Both the position numbers and the translations under genes were made by a program. A stretch of 64,000 nucleotides of DNA, from positions 36,817-100,816 of the forward strand of contig NDHX01000001.1 of NCBI GenBank assembly GCA_013626165.1. Direction: 5' to 3'. Positions 38,863 to 49,343 of the stretch are shown one piece after another; position 1 is the first letter of the stretch; the number at the start of each line of letters is the position of its first letter. This DNA comes from Candidatus Velesiimonas alkalicola. Lineage in GTDB: Bacteria > Omnitrophota > Gorgyraeia > Velesiimonadales > Velesiimonadaceae. The notes under the pieces are model-generated. The model did not search any database, was not told the DNA's origin, and saw only the letters and a program-made list of their open reading frames with translations.

Positions 38863-39702
38863 ATGGAAGTCAATAAGGTTTATTTAGGTGATTGCATCAA
38901 AACAATGAGGGATTTCCCTCAAAATTCTGTAGATTTAGTATTTGCAGACCCACCATTTAATATTGGGATTAAGTACGATAAATACAATGATAACCTTTCT
39001 TATGTTGAATATTATAAATGGTCTGAAGACTGGATTAAAGAAACCTCCAGAGTTCTAAAGAAAGATGGCTCAATTTATATCGCAATAGGGGATGAATTTG
39101 CAGCAGAAATAAACATTATTCTAAAACGCACAGGATTTTATTTCAGGAATTGGATTATCTGGTATTACACCTTTGGACAAAACCAAAGAAAAAAGTTTAA
39201 TAGAGCACACGCCCATATTCTTTATTTCACAAAAGATAAAGAAAAGTTCAAATTTAATGGAGATACCATCAGAATACCATCTGCACGCCAATTAGTTTAC
39301 AATGACAGAAGGGCAAATCCACAAGGAAAAATTCCTGATGATGTCTGGGAATTCTCAAGGGTTTGTGGCACATTTAAAGAACGGCTGGGAGAACATCCTT
39401 GCCAAATGCCAGAAGCCTTATTAGAGAGAATAATTAAAGCAAGTTCAAGTTCTAATGATATTGTCTTAGACCCATTTGGTGGAACAGGCACAACCGCAGC
39501 AGTAGCAAAAAGATTGAAAAGACAATATATAACAATAGAAGCCTCTGAAAACTATTATGATGTAATAGTCAAAAGACTAAATGGACAAATTGAAGAAATA
39601 AAAAGAAATGTGAAACCAGACTTACAAAGACAAAGCACATTATTTAATTTTGATTATGACCGCAAAACTTCCGCTAACACAGCACAAACGACAAAGAAAT
39701 AA
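38863..39702 (+). CDS. Beta-class DNA amino-methyltransferase (N6-adenine or N4-cytosine; CcrM/HinfI-like architecture)
   Basis: Motif IV DPPFN precedes motif I (VLDPFGGTGTT), which is the beta-class order. Overall co-linearity with CcrM-like enzymes. Confidence 0.85.
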   Translation: MEVNKVYLGDCIKTMRDFPQNSVDLVFADPPFNIGIKYDKYNDNLSYVEYYKWSEDWIKETSRVLKKDGSIYIAIGDEFAAEINIILKRTGFYFRNWIIWYYTFGQNQRKKFNRAHAHILYFTKDKEKFKFNGDTIRIPSARQLVYNDRRANPQGKIPDDVWEFSRVCGTFKERLGEHPCQMPEALLERIIKASSSSNDIVLDPFGGTGTTAAVAKRLKRQYITIEASENYYDVIVKRLNGQIEEIKRNVKPDLQRQSTLFNFDYDRKTSANTAQTTKK

Positions 39703-39703
39703 A

Positions 39704-39757
39704 TTGCTCCGCAACTTCGTTTGTGCTGGAAACGTTAAGCGAAACGGCGGTTTCAAA
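39704..39757. repeat. Right copy of the imperfect direct repeat flanking the R-M cassette
   Basis: See 37938-37996. It begins 2 nt after the methyltransferase stop and abuts the truncated transposase remnant. Confidence 0.75.
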
Positions 39758-39941
39758 ATGAATTGTGAATAGTGCTGGGATTCTGTCCGAACATATCTGC
39801 TACTTGGTAACAGTTAAACCCTTGGCTAACCAGAAGAATTCCATGCAGCCGGTGGTCATATCGGGACTTATCCGAACGGTGTATCTCTTGCTGAACTGCA
39901 ATTTTCATAACTGGTGCATCGGCAATTTCCAGTCTTTTCAT
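39753..39941 (-). pseudogene. IS630-family transposase, N-terminal HTH fragment only (truncated)
   Basis: MKRLEIADAPVMKIAVQQEIHRSDKSRYDHRLHGILLVSQG... matches the conserved N-terminus of IS630/Tc1-like transposases. The ORF stops after 62 aa at the repeat boundary. Confidence 0.6.
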
Positions 39942-40371
39942 ACGCCTCCTTCTTTAAGGAGGCATTTTATCACAGTTCGGTTTATAACGCAAAATTTATG
40001 ATGCTATGTATAGTATGCCTTTGCTTGGTCAAAAAGAAGTTTTGAATCTGAAATTAAGTTGTATCCCTTTGCCTCAATTAAAAATCTTTGCCTTAAACTC
40101 AGGAATGGCTGGAGTTGGTTCAGTAACAGAGATTATCAAAAAACTTTTGGAAAATGAAGTAGACGAAAAGACAGTTAATGAATTTATCAAACAAAGATAT
40201 GAAGAGAAAATCCGAGAACGAAAAGCGGTTATTTCTGATGAAGATTTGAAAAAAGAATTGTTAAAATGAAACAAAAAAAGAGATTAAGGAAAAGAAGAAG
40301 ATAAAGATAGAAAAGACAGAAGAATATGCGACCTTAATTATCCACTCCTTAGAGACTGATAATTTAAGAAA

Positions 40372-40723
40372 GTGCAATATAAACCTTAAAAATAATGGAT
40401 TAATCACCAATCTACTTGATGGTTGTTGTGTGGAGGTTCCTGGCCTGGTAAGTAGGGAAGGGATAAGGCCTATCTATATTGGAGATCTACATTTGGGTCC
40501 GGCATCCTACTGTAGCAGAATAGTCTTTGCCCAGGCTTTAACCGTAGAAGCTCACTTTTCAAAAAATAAGGACCTGGTCTATCAGGCGCTTTTAGCCGAC
40601 CCTTTAACCAGTAGCACCTTAAAGATCAATAAGATAGTAGATATGGCAGATGAGTTTTTTAAAAAAGAAGAGAAATATTTTTCACAATTTAAAAAAGAAG
40701 ATGATATAATAACAGTCAAATAA
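40372..40723 (+). pseudogene. Glycoside hydrolase family 4 C-terminal fragment
   Basis: ...NGLITNLLDGCCVEVPGLVSREGIRP...KDLVYQALLADPLTSS... resembles the C-terminal region of GH4 enzymes. There is no N-terminal NAD-binding domain upstream. Confidence 0.5.
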
Positions 40724-40959
40724 TGTTGGTGAAAACACTGGATCAGGGATAAGATAACCATGGTCTGGGGAGTAGCTCGGTTATATTATAGGTTGTATTT
40801 TTTTCTGGGGCTTAATTGACCCTGTGAAGAAGATCAATCAAGCCTATAACCGAATAGTCACCATAGGATTTGGCCCAGAATAGGAGGATGGTGTTTACCG
40901 ACAAATAGCACTGCTTCAGAAAACTACAACCAAAGAAAAGAGTGTAGCGATGAAGAAAT

Positions 40960-41445
40960 AAATAGGAGTAGATGGACACAAGACAAGGGTGTAGAAGCAT
41001 TCAAGAAGACACTGAATAAGAGCAATGAGGCAGCGGTAGAATCAACAGGCAACACTTATGTATTTGCCAGAAAGATAAAGGGCAAAGTTAAGGCAGTCAG
41101 GATAATCAATCCTACGCAATTTAAGATTATCTCTGCTTTAAGTGAAGAAAACAGATGAGCACGATACGGTAACAATAAGCAAGGTATTTTAAGCAAAGGG
41201 TTAATCCTAAGAGATAAGGATGCTCAACAAAAGAAGAATTGCAGATAGCCAGTCTCATATGCACACGGGATAAATTTGTAAAGCTAAGAAATTGTTTAAA
41301 AAATAAAATCTACAATATCTTTAATGCTAATGATATAATTATCAAGCGTGAAGTTTTTGGTTCCAAGAAAAAATTAGATAAAGTTTTGGCCCTTGATATT
41401 AAATTAAGCTATCAATTTGAGCAGAAGATAATTGTTAAGTAGATA
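40960..41445 (+). mobile_element. Degraded IS110-family transposase (multiple frameshifted fragments)
   Basis: The fragments IGVDGHKTRV*, ...AAVESTGNTYVFARKIKGKVKAVRIINPTQFKIISALSEENR* and ...TRDKFVKLRNCLKNKIYNIF... match the IS110 N-terminal and middle motifs (VGIDxxK, EATGxY...NP...K.FA, R.L...R..L...NRI) in three frames. Confidence 0.6.
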
Positions 41446-41758
41446 CACAGCCTTAACAATTCAATTGACAAGATAAACGAAGAACTTAACAAAGAAGTGT
41501 AAGAAATTACAGCATTAGTGCAATCAATGTTCATTGCGATAAGGTATAATCTGTATTTAAAAAAATTTTATTTCAGACCTAAAGCCAAAAAAGGGCAGTG
41601 GCAAGGCAATTTATAGATACCACTAGAAAGTTTTTAACTATAATTTACCGTATCTTAAAGAATAAATGAGTGTTTGAAGATTTTAATAAATTCAAACTAG
41701 CGATAAATATTTAATAATACGGTTTTTAAAGTAGAAAATTATTGACTGTTAACATAGG

Positions 41759-42247
41759 ATGAAAATGAAAGTTAGAAGATTTAAGCCGGAGGATAGTAAG
41801 TCCGCCTCCAAGATTATGATTGAGGCCTTTAGATCTTTCATTGGGGAAAGGCTCAGCCAGTTAGATTTGAAGTCTTTTTCTTCACAAGTTCTCAGAAAGA
41901 CCAGCAATACCAAAAGAGATAATTCAGAAACAGTCTCTTATGTTGTCGAAGAGGATGGAAGAATATTAGGGTATATACAGGGTTCTGCAACTACCCGCGG
42001 TTTGGGTTCTTTGAATGTTGTGGGGGTTGATCCCAAATTTTTCCACAAGGGCATAGGAACAGCCCTGATGAGGAAAATGGAAGAGTTCTGGAAAAGGAAG
42101 AAACAGCGAAAGGTTTCTACTTGTGTTTCCGCTCATAATACCAGAGCTCTTGTCTATTATTTGAAGAATCGGTTTATTCCGGTGGGTTATCAAAAAGAAC
42201 ATTTTATGGTGGGGGTGGATGAAATAGTTTTGGATCGATTCTTATAA
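41759..42247 (+). CDS. GNAT-family N-acetyltransferase
   Basis: Acetyl-CoA binding motif (HKGIGTALMRKMEEF), 162 aa. Confidence 0.75.
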   Translation: MKMKVRRFKPEDSKSASKIMIEAFRSFIGERLSQLDLKSFSSQVLRKTSNTKRDNSETVSYVVEEDGRILGYIQGSATTRGLGSLNVVGVDPKFFHKGIGTALMRKMEEFWKRKKQRKVSTCVSAHNTRALVYYLKNRFIPVGYQKEHFMVGVDEIVLDRFL

Positions 42248-42249
42248 AA

Positions 42250-42538
42250 AGTTGTAATATTTTGTTGCCAGGGCCGGCTCACTTATGACCAATTAGTCAA
42301 ATATGTTTCCGAAAAGTTAAATTTTCCCGTGGTGGAATTTGAGTACGATGGCTTCTACAACTTTGAGCATAACATCGCCAAGGCAAGGTTTATTTTAGGG
42401 TATAATTCCCGAGGCGATATCTTCAAAATAGTAGATTCTGCAATCGCTTTCTGTAAAGCAGGCAGGAAGCCGGATCAAAACCAAATATATCGGCTAAAAA
42501 GTATATTCGCATACAAAAGAGGAGGGATATATGCGTAA
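42250..42538 (+). pseudogene. Possible C-terminal fragment of an NAD-dependent epimerase/dehydratase
   Basis: ...NIAKARFILGYNSRGDIFKIVDSAIAF resembles the C-terminal D.xKAxxxLGYxP...L motif of SDR epimerases. No Rossmann domain upstream. Confidence 0.35.
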
Positions 42539-43127
42539 GGATGTTATTTTTATTTGTTCGTTAGTTCTTTGTTTGTTCATTGTTTCGGGTTGTAAAAGAC
42601 CACTAAAGGCAACAAGACAGGAGATTGCACAAGAGGAGTTGGTAATTGGCTATGCGGTTGGATACAATCCCCGTATTGCAGAAGTACAGCTTCTGTTAAA
42701 GCAGGCTGGTTTTGATCCGGGTGTAATTGATGGAACCATGAATTCCTCTACAAGAAAGGCCGTTTTTCACTTTCAGGAATCAAAAGAACTTCGTGCAACA
42801 GGAGTTGTAGATGATAAAACATGGGTACGTCTTCAGTCTTTTGCAATAGTTCCAGTAGAAGAATTTGTGCAGACACAAGAGCGTGCTCAAGTAGTACAAC
42901 CACCCGTAATACCTGTCCAACCCGAGGTAAAAATTCCAGAGAGACCCACAGTTAGAGACATACAAAGAGCATTAAAAAACGCAGGATATGATCCGGGGCC
43001 GATAGATGGTATAATAGGAAGAAGGACAAAGAGAGCAATTATTGATTTTCAAAAAGCAAACAGACTTTCGCCAGATGGTATAGTTGGGAGGAAGACATGG
43101 GGAAAATTAGGTCCTCATCTTAGATAA
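42531..43127 (+). CDS. Lipoprotein with two peptidoglycan-binding (PG_binding_1-like) domains
   Basis: Lipobox LVLCLFIVSGC, then two repeats of the xQxxLxxxGYDPGxIDGxxGxxTxxAIxxFQ motif. Confidence 0.75.
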   Translation: MRKDVIFICSLVLCLFIVSGCKRPLKATRQEIAQEELVIGYAVGYNPRIAEVQLLLKQAGFDPGVIDGTMNSSTRKAVFHFQESKELRATGVVDDKTWVRLQSFAIVPVEEFVQTQERAQVVQPPVIPVQPEVKIPERPTVRDIQRALKNAGYDPGPIDGIIGRRTKRAIIDFQKANRLSPDGIVGRKTWGKLGPHLR

Positions 43128-43137
43128 AGAGACTTTC

Positions 43138-44682
43138 TTGGATAATATCTATTTTAAATTATTTGCTAAAAAGTGCATCCTTGTTGTAATCTTGGTTGCA
43201 CTTTTTGTTTCTTGCTCTGTTTTTTTGAAAGAAATTAACAAAACAAGGCAGAGGTATGACCTTTCAAGCAACTTGCTTGCGAAAAACATGCCCCCAACCC
43301 TTGCCCTTGCATCATCTGTTTTAGGAGGGTTCAGGAGTATACTGGTGAACGCGCTATGGATAAGGGCGCAGAACCTTCAACAAGAGGGTAAATTTTTTGA
43401 ACTTGTCCAGCTTTACGATTGGATTGCCAGTCTTCAACCCCGCCTTCTCCATGTGTGGGCGTTTAGCGCATGGAATATGGCATATAATATCTCTGCTCAA
43501 CTTTCCACTCCGCAGGACAGATGGTTATGGGTTCAGAATGGTATTGGTGTGATAAGAGATAAAGGATTGCTGCATAATCCCCAAAGCTACTTTCTTTTAA
43601 GAGAGCTTGCATGGATTTTTAATCACAAGATAGGAGGGTATTCAGATGATTTTAATTGGTATTATAAACAAAGACTTGCAGAATCTATACAAAGGGCCTT
43701 AGGGGGCGGAGATATAAAAACAATCATCGGTATTCCTGAAAGTGAAACAAATATTGACAAGGATATACTTGAATTTTCTGAAAAAATGAGGATGAAAGAT
43801 TGGAGAGGTTGGGACGACTTTTCACCCATTGAATCACTTGAAAGGATTGAAAACTCACAACAAGAGGAAGCATTTTTAAGATTTCTTGGGGCAAGATATA
43901 TAACAAAATCTCTTAAGATGGATATAGATTATATGTATTTGCTCCAAAAAAAATATCCCGGTCTTGACTGGAGAGAATCTAATGCACATAGCCTTTACTG
44001 GGCATCAAGAGCAGAACCTCTTACCCATGAAGATGATTTTGAGTTTCTTTCCACACAGAGGTTGATATATTCTTCTCTTCTCGGTATTTTCAGACAGGGC
44101 AATATTACATTTAGTGAAAAAGACGGTGAAAGATACTTCATATCCGGTCCACAGTTAAAAATTGCAAATAGTATAAACCGGTATTTTGAAGAACTTATAA
44201 ACAGGGCATGGCAGGATGAAAATATTATATCAGGCGTAAGATCTGCTCATAATACATTTTTAAGAGAGGCTATTATATCGTTTTATCTGTCAAAGAAGAT
44301 AAAAGATGCAGTCCATTTTTACTCTGTTATAAAAAAATATTATCCCGGTGAAGATACAGGTCTTCCTCTTGAACATTTTGTTTTAAGACAGATTCTTGAC
44401 ATAAGGGATGCAGGCAGAAGCAGAACACTGATGGTTATATATGGACTGATAAATGAAAGTTTTCTTTCACTTGCCACAGGAGATAGAGAAAGGTTTGAGG
44501 GTTCATATCAGGTTGCATCTTTTATATGGAAAAAATATCAGGAACAATTTGGTCAGGATGAAAGGACAAGCCTTCCTGCATTAGAGGATATTAAAAAAAG
44601 AGTTATTGAAGAATTATCCGGAGTGTTTCCAGAAATATTCAAAAACTTGAAAAACCAGAACCAAAAGGCACTGGAACGATAA
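43138..44682 (+). CDS. Conserved hypothetical protein with N-terminal membrane anchor (function unknown)
   Basis: 514-aa ORF with good coding statistics and an N-terminal transmembrane helix. Trp/Leu-rich. It sits downstream of the PG-binding lipoprotein. Confidence 0.55.
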   Translation: MDNIYFKLFAKKCILVVILVALFVSCSVFLKEINKTRQRYDLSSNLLAKNMPPTLALASSVLGGFRSILVNALWIRAQNLQQEGKFFELVQLYDWIASLQPRLLHVWAFSAWNMAYNISAQLSTPQDRWLWVQNGIGVIRDKGLLHNPQSYFLLRELAWIFNHKIGGYSDDFNWYYKQRLAESIQRALGGGDIKTIIGIPESETNIDKDILEFSEKMRMKDWRGWDDFSPIESLERIENSQQEEAFLRFLGARYITKSLKMDIDYMYLLQKKYPGLDWRESNAHSLYWASRAEPLTHEDDFEFLSTQRLIYSSLLGIFRQGNITFSEKDGERYFISGPQLKIANSINRYFEELINRAWQDENIISGVRSAHNTFLREAIISFYLSKKIKDAVHFYSVIKKYYPGEDTGLPLEHFVLRQILDIRDAGRSRTLMVIYGLINESFLSLATGDRERFEGSYQVASFIWKKYQEQFGQDERTSLPALEDIKKRVIEELSGVFPEIFKNLKNQNQKALER

Positions 44683-44811
44683 AGAGCCTGTGAACTCTAA
44701 TTCCCCTTACCAAGCACCAGAGCACCAGCCACCTCGTCACCTGTTCTATGGGAGTTGTACTCACAGGCTTTATAATACTGTCTGTGTGGAGAGAGTGTCT
44801 TTTTAAAATAT

Positions 44812-45444
44812 ATGGATGGAATACTTCTTGTTGATAAGCCTCAGGGCTGGACATCTCATGATGTTGTTGCATATATAAGAAAGAAATTTAAGATAAAAAA
44901 GGTTGGACACTGTGGAACACTTGATCCTCTTGCAACGGGGCTTCTTATTGTTCTGTTGGGCAAGTCTACAAAAACTTCAAAAGAATTTTTGCCATATGAA
45001 AAAACATACTCAACGGTTATGAAGATTGGTGCCACAACCAACACAGGCGATAGACAGGGGAATATAACACAGGTATTTGAAGATAAGAAATTAGAGAAGA
45101 AACAGATTGTCCAGGCACTTCAGACATTTCTGGGCGAGAGTTTTCAAGTGCCACCTATGGTAAGTGCAATCAAAATAAGGGGTAGAAAACTATATGAGAT
45201 GGCAAGAAAAGGAATAAAGGTGCAAAGAAAACCTAAACTTATAAAAATATCAAAAATAGAATTTATAGAATACAATCACCCTTATATAAGTTTTAATGTT
45301 AGATGTTCAGGCGGAACATATATAAGAAGCCTTATAGAGGATATCGCAAAAAAGATTAATACAGGTGCACACATGACATATTTAAGAAGAATCCGTATAG
45401 GTGAATTTGATGTCCAGGATGCTCTGCCACCTACACACATATGA
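44812..45444 (+). CDS. truB: tRNA pseudouridine(55) synthase
   Basis: GILLVDKPQGWTSHDVV and GHCGTLDPLATGLL catalytic Asp motif. Confidence 0.9.
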   Translation: MDGILLVDKPQGWTSHDVVAYIRKKFKIKKVGHCGTLDPLATGLLIVLLGKSTKTSKEFLPYEKTYSTVMKIGATTNTGDRQGNITQVFEDKKLEKKQIVQALQTFLGESFQVPPMVSAIKIRGRKLYEMARKGIKVQRKPKLIKISKIEFIEYNHPYISFNVRCSGGTYIRSLIEDIAKKINTGAHMTYLRRIRIGEFDVQDALPPTHI

Positions 45445-45475
45445 GGCTTGTTCAGTGGTTGAAAAATAAAAAGTT

Positions 45476-47263
45476 ATGGAACAAAATCTTATAAGAAATT
45501 TTTGTATTATTGCCCATATTGACCATGGGAAATCCACACTTGCAGACAGGTTGTTGCAAGCAACAGGTGCGGTTGGTGAAAGGGAGTTTAAGAACCAAAT
45601 TCTTGATGATATGGAACTTGAAAGGGAAAGGGGTATAACCATAAAAGCATCGGCTGTTCGTATAAATTATAGAGCAGATGATGGAAATGTTTATACACTG
45701 AACCTTATTGATACGCCCGGACATGTTGATTTTTCTTACGAAGTATCAAAGGCACTTGCATCCTGTGAAGGGGCAATACTTGTTGTGGACGCATCTCAGG
45801 GGATTGAGGCTCAAACTGTTGCCAATTTTAATCTTGCCCGCGGTCAGGGGCTTAAGATAATACCTGTTATAAATAAGATTGACCTTCCGAATGTGGATAC
45901 TGAAAATGTCCGACAAGAACTGTTTAATGTCCTTCACATAGAAGATGAACCAATCTATGCAAGTGCTAAAACTGGTGCAGGTATAAAAGAAATATTGGAA
46001 AGAATTATAAAGGATATACCACCTTCTTCCGGGAATCCAGATGAATTATTGCAGGCACTTATATTTGATTCAAAATATGATGTTCACAGGGGTGTTATTA
46101 TATATGTAAGGGTATTTAACGGAAGACTTAAATCAAGACAGAAGATAAGACTTGTAGCAACAGGAAATAGTTATGAGACCATTGAGGTAGGAGTATTTGT
46201 TCCAAAGCCGCAAAAGGTGGAAACCTTAAGCACAGGTGAGGTGGGATACATCATTGCCAATATAAAGGATGCAACGCTTGTAAGAACAGGCGATACCGTA
46301 ACAGATGACAAAAACCCCTGTATTACGCCTTTACCAGGTTACGAGCCGTTAAAACCATTAGTATTCTGCGGCATATATCCGGTGAATAATAAGGATTTTG
46401 AGATGTTAAAAGAGGCAATGTTCAAACTCCATCTTACGGATGCATCCTTCACATTTGAGCCTGAAAAATCCTCTTCAATAGGTGTTGGTTTCAGGTGTGG
46501 ATTTATGGGGCTTTTACATATGGATATAATACAGGAAAGACTTGAAAGAGAGTTTGGCTTAAATATTGTTGCAACAACCCCCAGTGTGGCATACAGGGTA
46601 TTAACAACAGATGGGAATATTATTGAGGTAGATAGTCCTTCTAAATTTCCTTCTGCACAAAAAATTAAAAAAATACAAGAGCCCATGATATTGGCGCTTT
46701 TGATAGTTCCTTCAGAAAGCATAGGACCTTTAATGCAGGAGGCTATAGAAAGAAGAGGGGTTTTACATTTAAGTGAATACATAAAGTCAGACACTGTTAT
46801 GTTAAGGTTTGAATTTCCTCTTTCAGAGGTTATAGTGGATTTTTATAACAGACTAAAATCTATTACCCGTGGATATGGTTCTATGGATTATGAACGGACA
46901 GGCTACAGGGATGCCAATCTTGTAAAACTTGACATTCTTGTGCAGGGGGAGATTTTAGAGCCGCTTTCTACAATAATTGTCTGTGAGAGGGCTTATCAGA
47001 GAGGGAAAAAATTAATTGAGAAATTAAAAGAACAGATACCAAGGCATCTTTTTGAGATTCCGTTACAGGCAGCAATAGGCGGGAAAATTATTGCAAGAGA
47101 AACTATCAGGCCACTGGGGAAGAATGTAACTGCAAAGTGCTATGGAGGGGATATTACAAGGAAAAGGAAATTGTGGGAAAAACAAAAAGAGGGCAAAAAG
47201 AGGATGAAACAGTTTGGAAGAATTCAAATCCCGCAAGGTGCATTTTTTGCAGTAATGAAATAA
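45476..47263 (+). CDS. lepA: Elongation factor 4
   Basis: NFCIIAHIDHGKSTLADRLL G1, DTPGHVDF and NKID motifs, LepA-specific C-terminal domain, 595 aa. Confidence 0.95.
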   Translation: MEQNLIRNFCIIAHIDHGKSTLADRLLQATGAVGEREFKNQILDDMELERERGITIKASAVRINYRADDGNVYTLNLIDTPGHVDFSYEVSKALASCEGAILVVDASQGIEAQTVANFNLARGQGLKIIPVINKIDLPNVDTENVRQELFNVLHIEDEPIYASAKTGAGIKEILERIIKDIPPSSGNPDELLQALIFDSKYDVHRGVIIYVRVFNGRLKSRQKIRLVATGNSYETIEVGVFVPKPQKVETLSTGEVGYIIANIKDATLVRTGDTVTDDKNPCITPLPGYEPLKPLVFCGIYPVNNKDFEMLKEAMFKLHLTDASFTFEPEKSSSIGVGFRCGFMGLLHMDIIQERLEREFGLNIVATTPSVAYRVLTTDGNIIEVDSPSKFPSAQKIKKIQEPMILALLIVPSESIGPLMQEAIERRGVLHLSEYIKSDTVMLRFEFPLSEVIVDFYNRLKSITRGYGSMDYERTGYRDANLVKLDILVQGEILEPLSTIIVCERAYQRGKKLIEKLKEQIPRHLFEIPLQAAIGGKIIARETIRPLGKNVTAKCYGGDITRKRKLWEKQKEGKKRMKQFGRIQIPQGAFFAVMK

Positions 47264-47269
47264 AAAAAC

Positions 47270-48640
47270 ATGGAACAAACAAATCTTACACCCAAAGAGA
47301 CTGATTATGCGGTATTGATGGTCGAAAGACAGGCAGGACTTATGGGTGTTTGGGCCGCATTTTTTATCCCTACCTCTGTGTTCATTATAGGTTTTTTACA
47401 AAAAATGGGCGCTTCTGCATGGCATATAGGTATCCTTTCTTCTCTTGGAATTTTCTTCCAGACTGCAACACTTCTCGGTTCATATATTTTTGAAAAATAT
47501 GGAAAGCCCAGGGACATTATGGTTGGGTTTATATCATCAGCAATGATTGTGAGATTTTTTATAGCCCTTATCCCATTTCTTTTTTTAAGTCTCTCATCAG
47601 ATGTTAAAATTTCAATAGTTCTTTTTATACTTTTTACTTCTGTTGGTATAAATGTTATTGGTAGCGCACCCTGGATACCGTGGTTGTCATCAATAGTTTC
47701 TACTGAAAACTGGGGAAAATTCTGGGCAAAACAGAATATGATAGTTATCTGCGGTGGTGTGCTCACAACACTTATTGCAACTAAAATTCTTGATATATTC
47801 TATTCAAATATAACATTTCTTTTGCTTTTTGCAATAGGAACAGTATTCGGGCTTGCCGCTGTAAAAGTTATTGCCAAAATTCCTCAGATTAATATTCAAC
47901 CTGAAAAAATTGATTTTTTAAAACTTATTACACTGCCCTTCAAATCGCGTCTTTTTAAAAATTTTGCTATATATGCCAGTTTTTTCTCTTTTGCAAGGTC
48001 AATAACACTTGGTTTTGGAATTCTCTATATGTTGGATATTCTTAAATTAAGTTATTTTCAGATAGGTATATATTCTACCATTGGAGCGATTGTTTCTGTA
48101 TTTGCATTTGGGTTCTGGGGACATTGGGTGGATGTATTCGGAAGTAAGCCTGTTTTGTCCATAGCAACTGTTTTACTTGGGATCTCATCTTTTCTTTGGC
48201 TTTTCAGCACAGAAAATTTTACATTTATTGTTCCTTTTATATTTCTATTAGATGCAATCTCAGCACCTGCACATACTATTGCATTTTTCAAATTCCAGAT
48301 AAGTTCTTCTCCGGTAAAAAAAAGATCCGTTTATCTTTCTGCTATGACAATTATAGTCAGTATCTGCGGAGGATTTGCCCCACTTTTGGGGGGCGCTATA
48401 GCACAAAGTTTGAAGGACTGGTCTTTTAGTATAAAGTTCTGGACAGTATATAATCTTCATATACTTTTTGCAGTATCTTCAGTTTTAACATTTCTTACAA
48501 TGTTCGGGTTAAAACTTGTAGAAGAAGCCAACAAATACAGAGCAAAAGATGTTATAAAAACAATATTTACAGAAGAGGGCCGACATGTTGTAAAGGCCCA
48601 AATACATTTGGTGATAAGAGGATTTGGAATTATTGGATAG
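47270..48640 (+). CDS. MFS-family transporter
   Basis: ~12 predicted transmembrane helices, 456 aa. Confidence 0.7.
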   Translation: MEQTNLTPKETDYAVLMVERQAGLMGVWAAFFIPTSVFIIGFLQKMGASAWHIGILSSLGIFFQTATLLGSYIFEKYGKPRDIMVGFISSAMIVRFFIALIPFLFLSLSSDVKISIVLFILFTSVGINVIGSAPWIPWLSSIVSTENWGKFWAKQNMIVICGGVLTTLIATKILDIFYSNITFLLLFAIGTVFGLAAVKVIAKIPQINIQPEKIDFLKLITLPFKSRLFKNFAIYASFFSFARSITLGFGILYMLDILKLSYFQIGIYSTIGAIVSVFAFGFWGHWVDVFGSKPVLSIATVLLGISSFLWLFSTENFTFIVPFIFLLDAISAPAHTIAFFKFQISSSPVKKRSVYLSAMTIIVSICGGFAPLLGGAIAQSLKDWSFSIKFWTVYNLHILFAVSSVLTFLTMFGLKLVEEANKYRAKDVIKTIFTEEGRHVVKAQIHLVIRGFGIIG

Positions 48641-48658
48641 ATAAAGGAGATAAAAAAT

Positions 48659-49246
48659 ATGGTGTTATTAAGGCACAGCAGGATTATCTGTGGATGGATA
48701 AAAGACCTTTTCTGGGCCGGGATATATGCAAGTATTATCATTGTATTTATTGTGCAGGCATTTAAAATCCCTTCAGGTTCAATGCGTGATGCACTTTTAG
48801 AAGGAGACAGGATATTGGTAAATAAATTTATATTCGGGGTCAAAATTCCTTGGACAAACATCAAACTACCTGCAATAAGAAAACCAAAACAAGGGGATAT
48901 TGTGGTTTTTTTATACGATAAAGAAGGCGTTAAAAATAGGAAAGATTATGTGAAAAGACTTATTGCAACAGGCAACCAAAAAGTTGAGATAAAAAAGGGC
49001 AGTGTTCTTATAGATGGACAGCCTGCAACACATCAAAAAGTATTAAGCCTCTGGTATAGGAATGCTGCCCCTTATGGCTTGGAGGCTCAGCCTGTTATTG
49101 TCCCGGAAGATAGTTATTATGTTTTAGGAGATAACTCATTCAGCAGTAAAGATTCCAGACACTGGGGATTTGTCCCAAATCATAATATTATAGGTCTTGC
49201 CTTTTTCAGATATTGGCCCTTACATAGAATAGGATTTTTAAAGTAG
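48659..49246 (+). CDS. lepB: Signal peptidase I
   Basis: S26 catalytic Ser region (IPSGSMRDAL) and GDNSFSSKDSRHWGFVP box E, with an N-terminal transmembrane anchor. Confidence 0.9.
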   Translation: MVLLRHSRIICGWIKDLFWAGIYASIIIVFIVQAFKIPSGSMRDALLEGDRILVNKFIFGVKIPWTNIKLPAIRKPKQGDIVVFLYDKEGVKNRKDYVKRLIATGNQKVEIKKGSVLIDGQPATHQKVLSLWYRNAAPYGLEAQPVIVPEDSYYVLGDNSFSSKDSRHWGFVPNHNIIGLAFFRYWPLHRIGFLK

Positions 49247-49343
49247 AACGAACTGTTATGGGTGGATGACTATTAGATTGTAGTTGCCTATATCCCAAAT
49301 AACCTAAAAGAAGACAGTCTGAACAACCTGAATAGTAGCCTAT

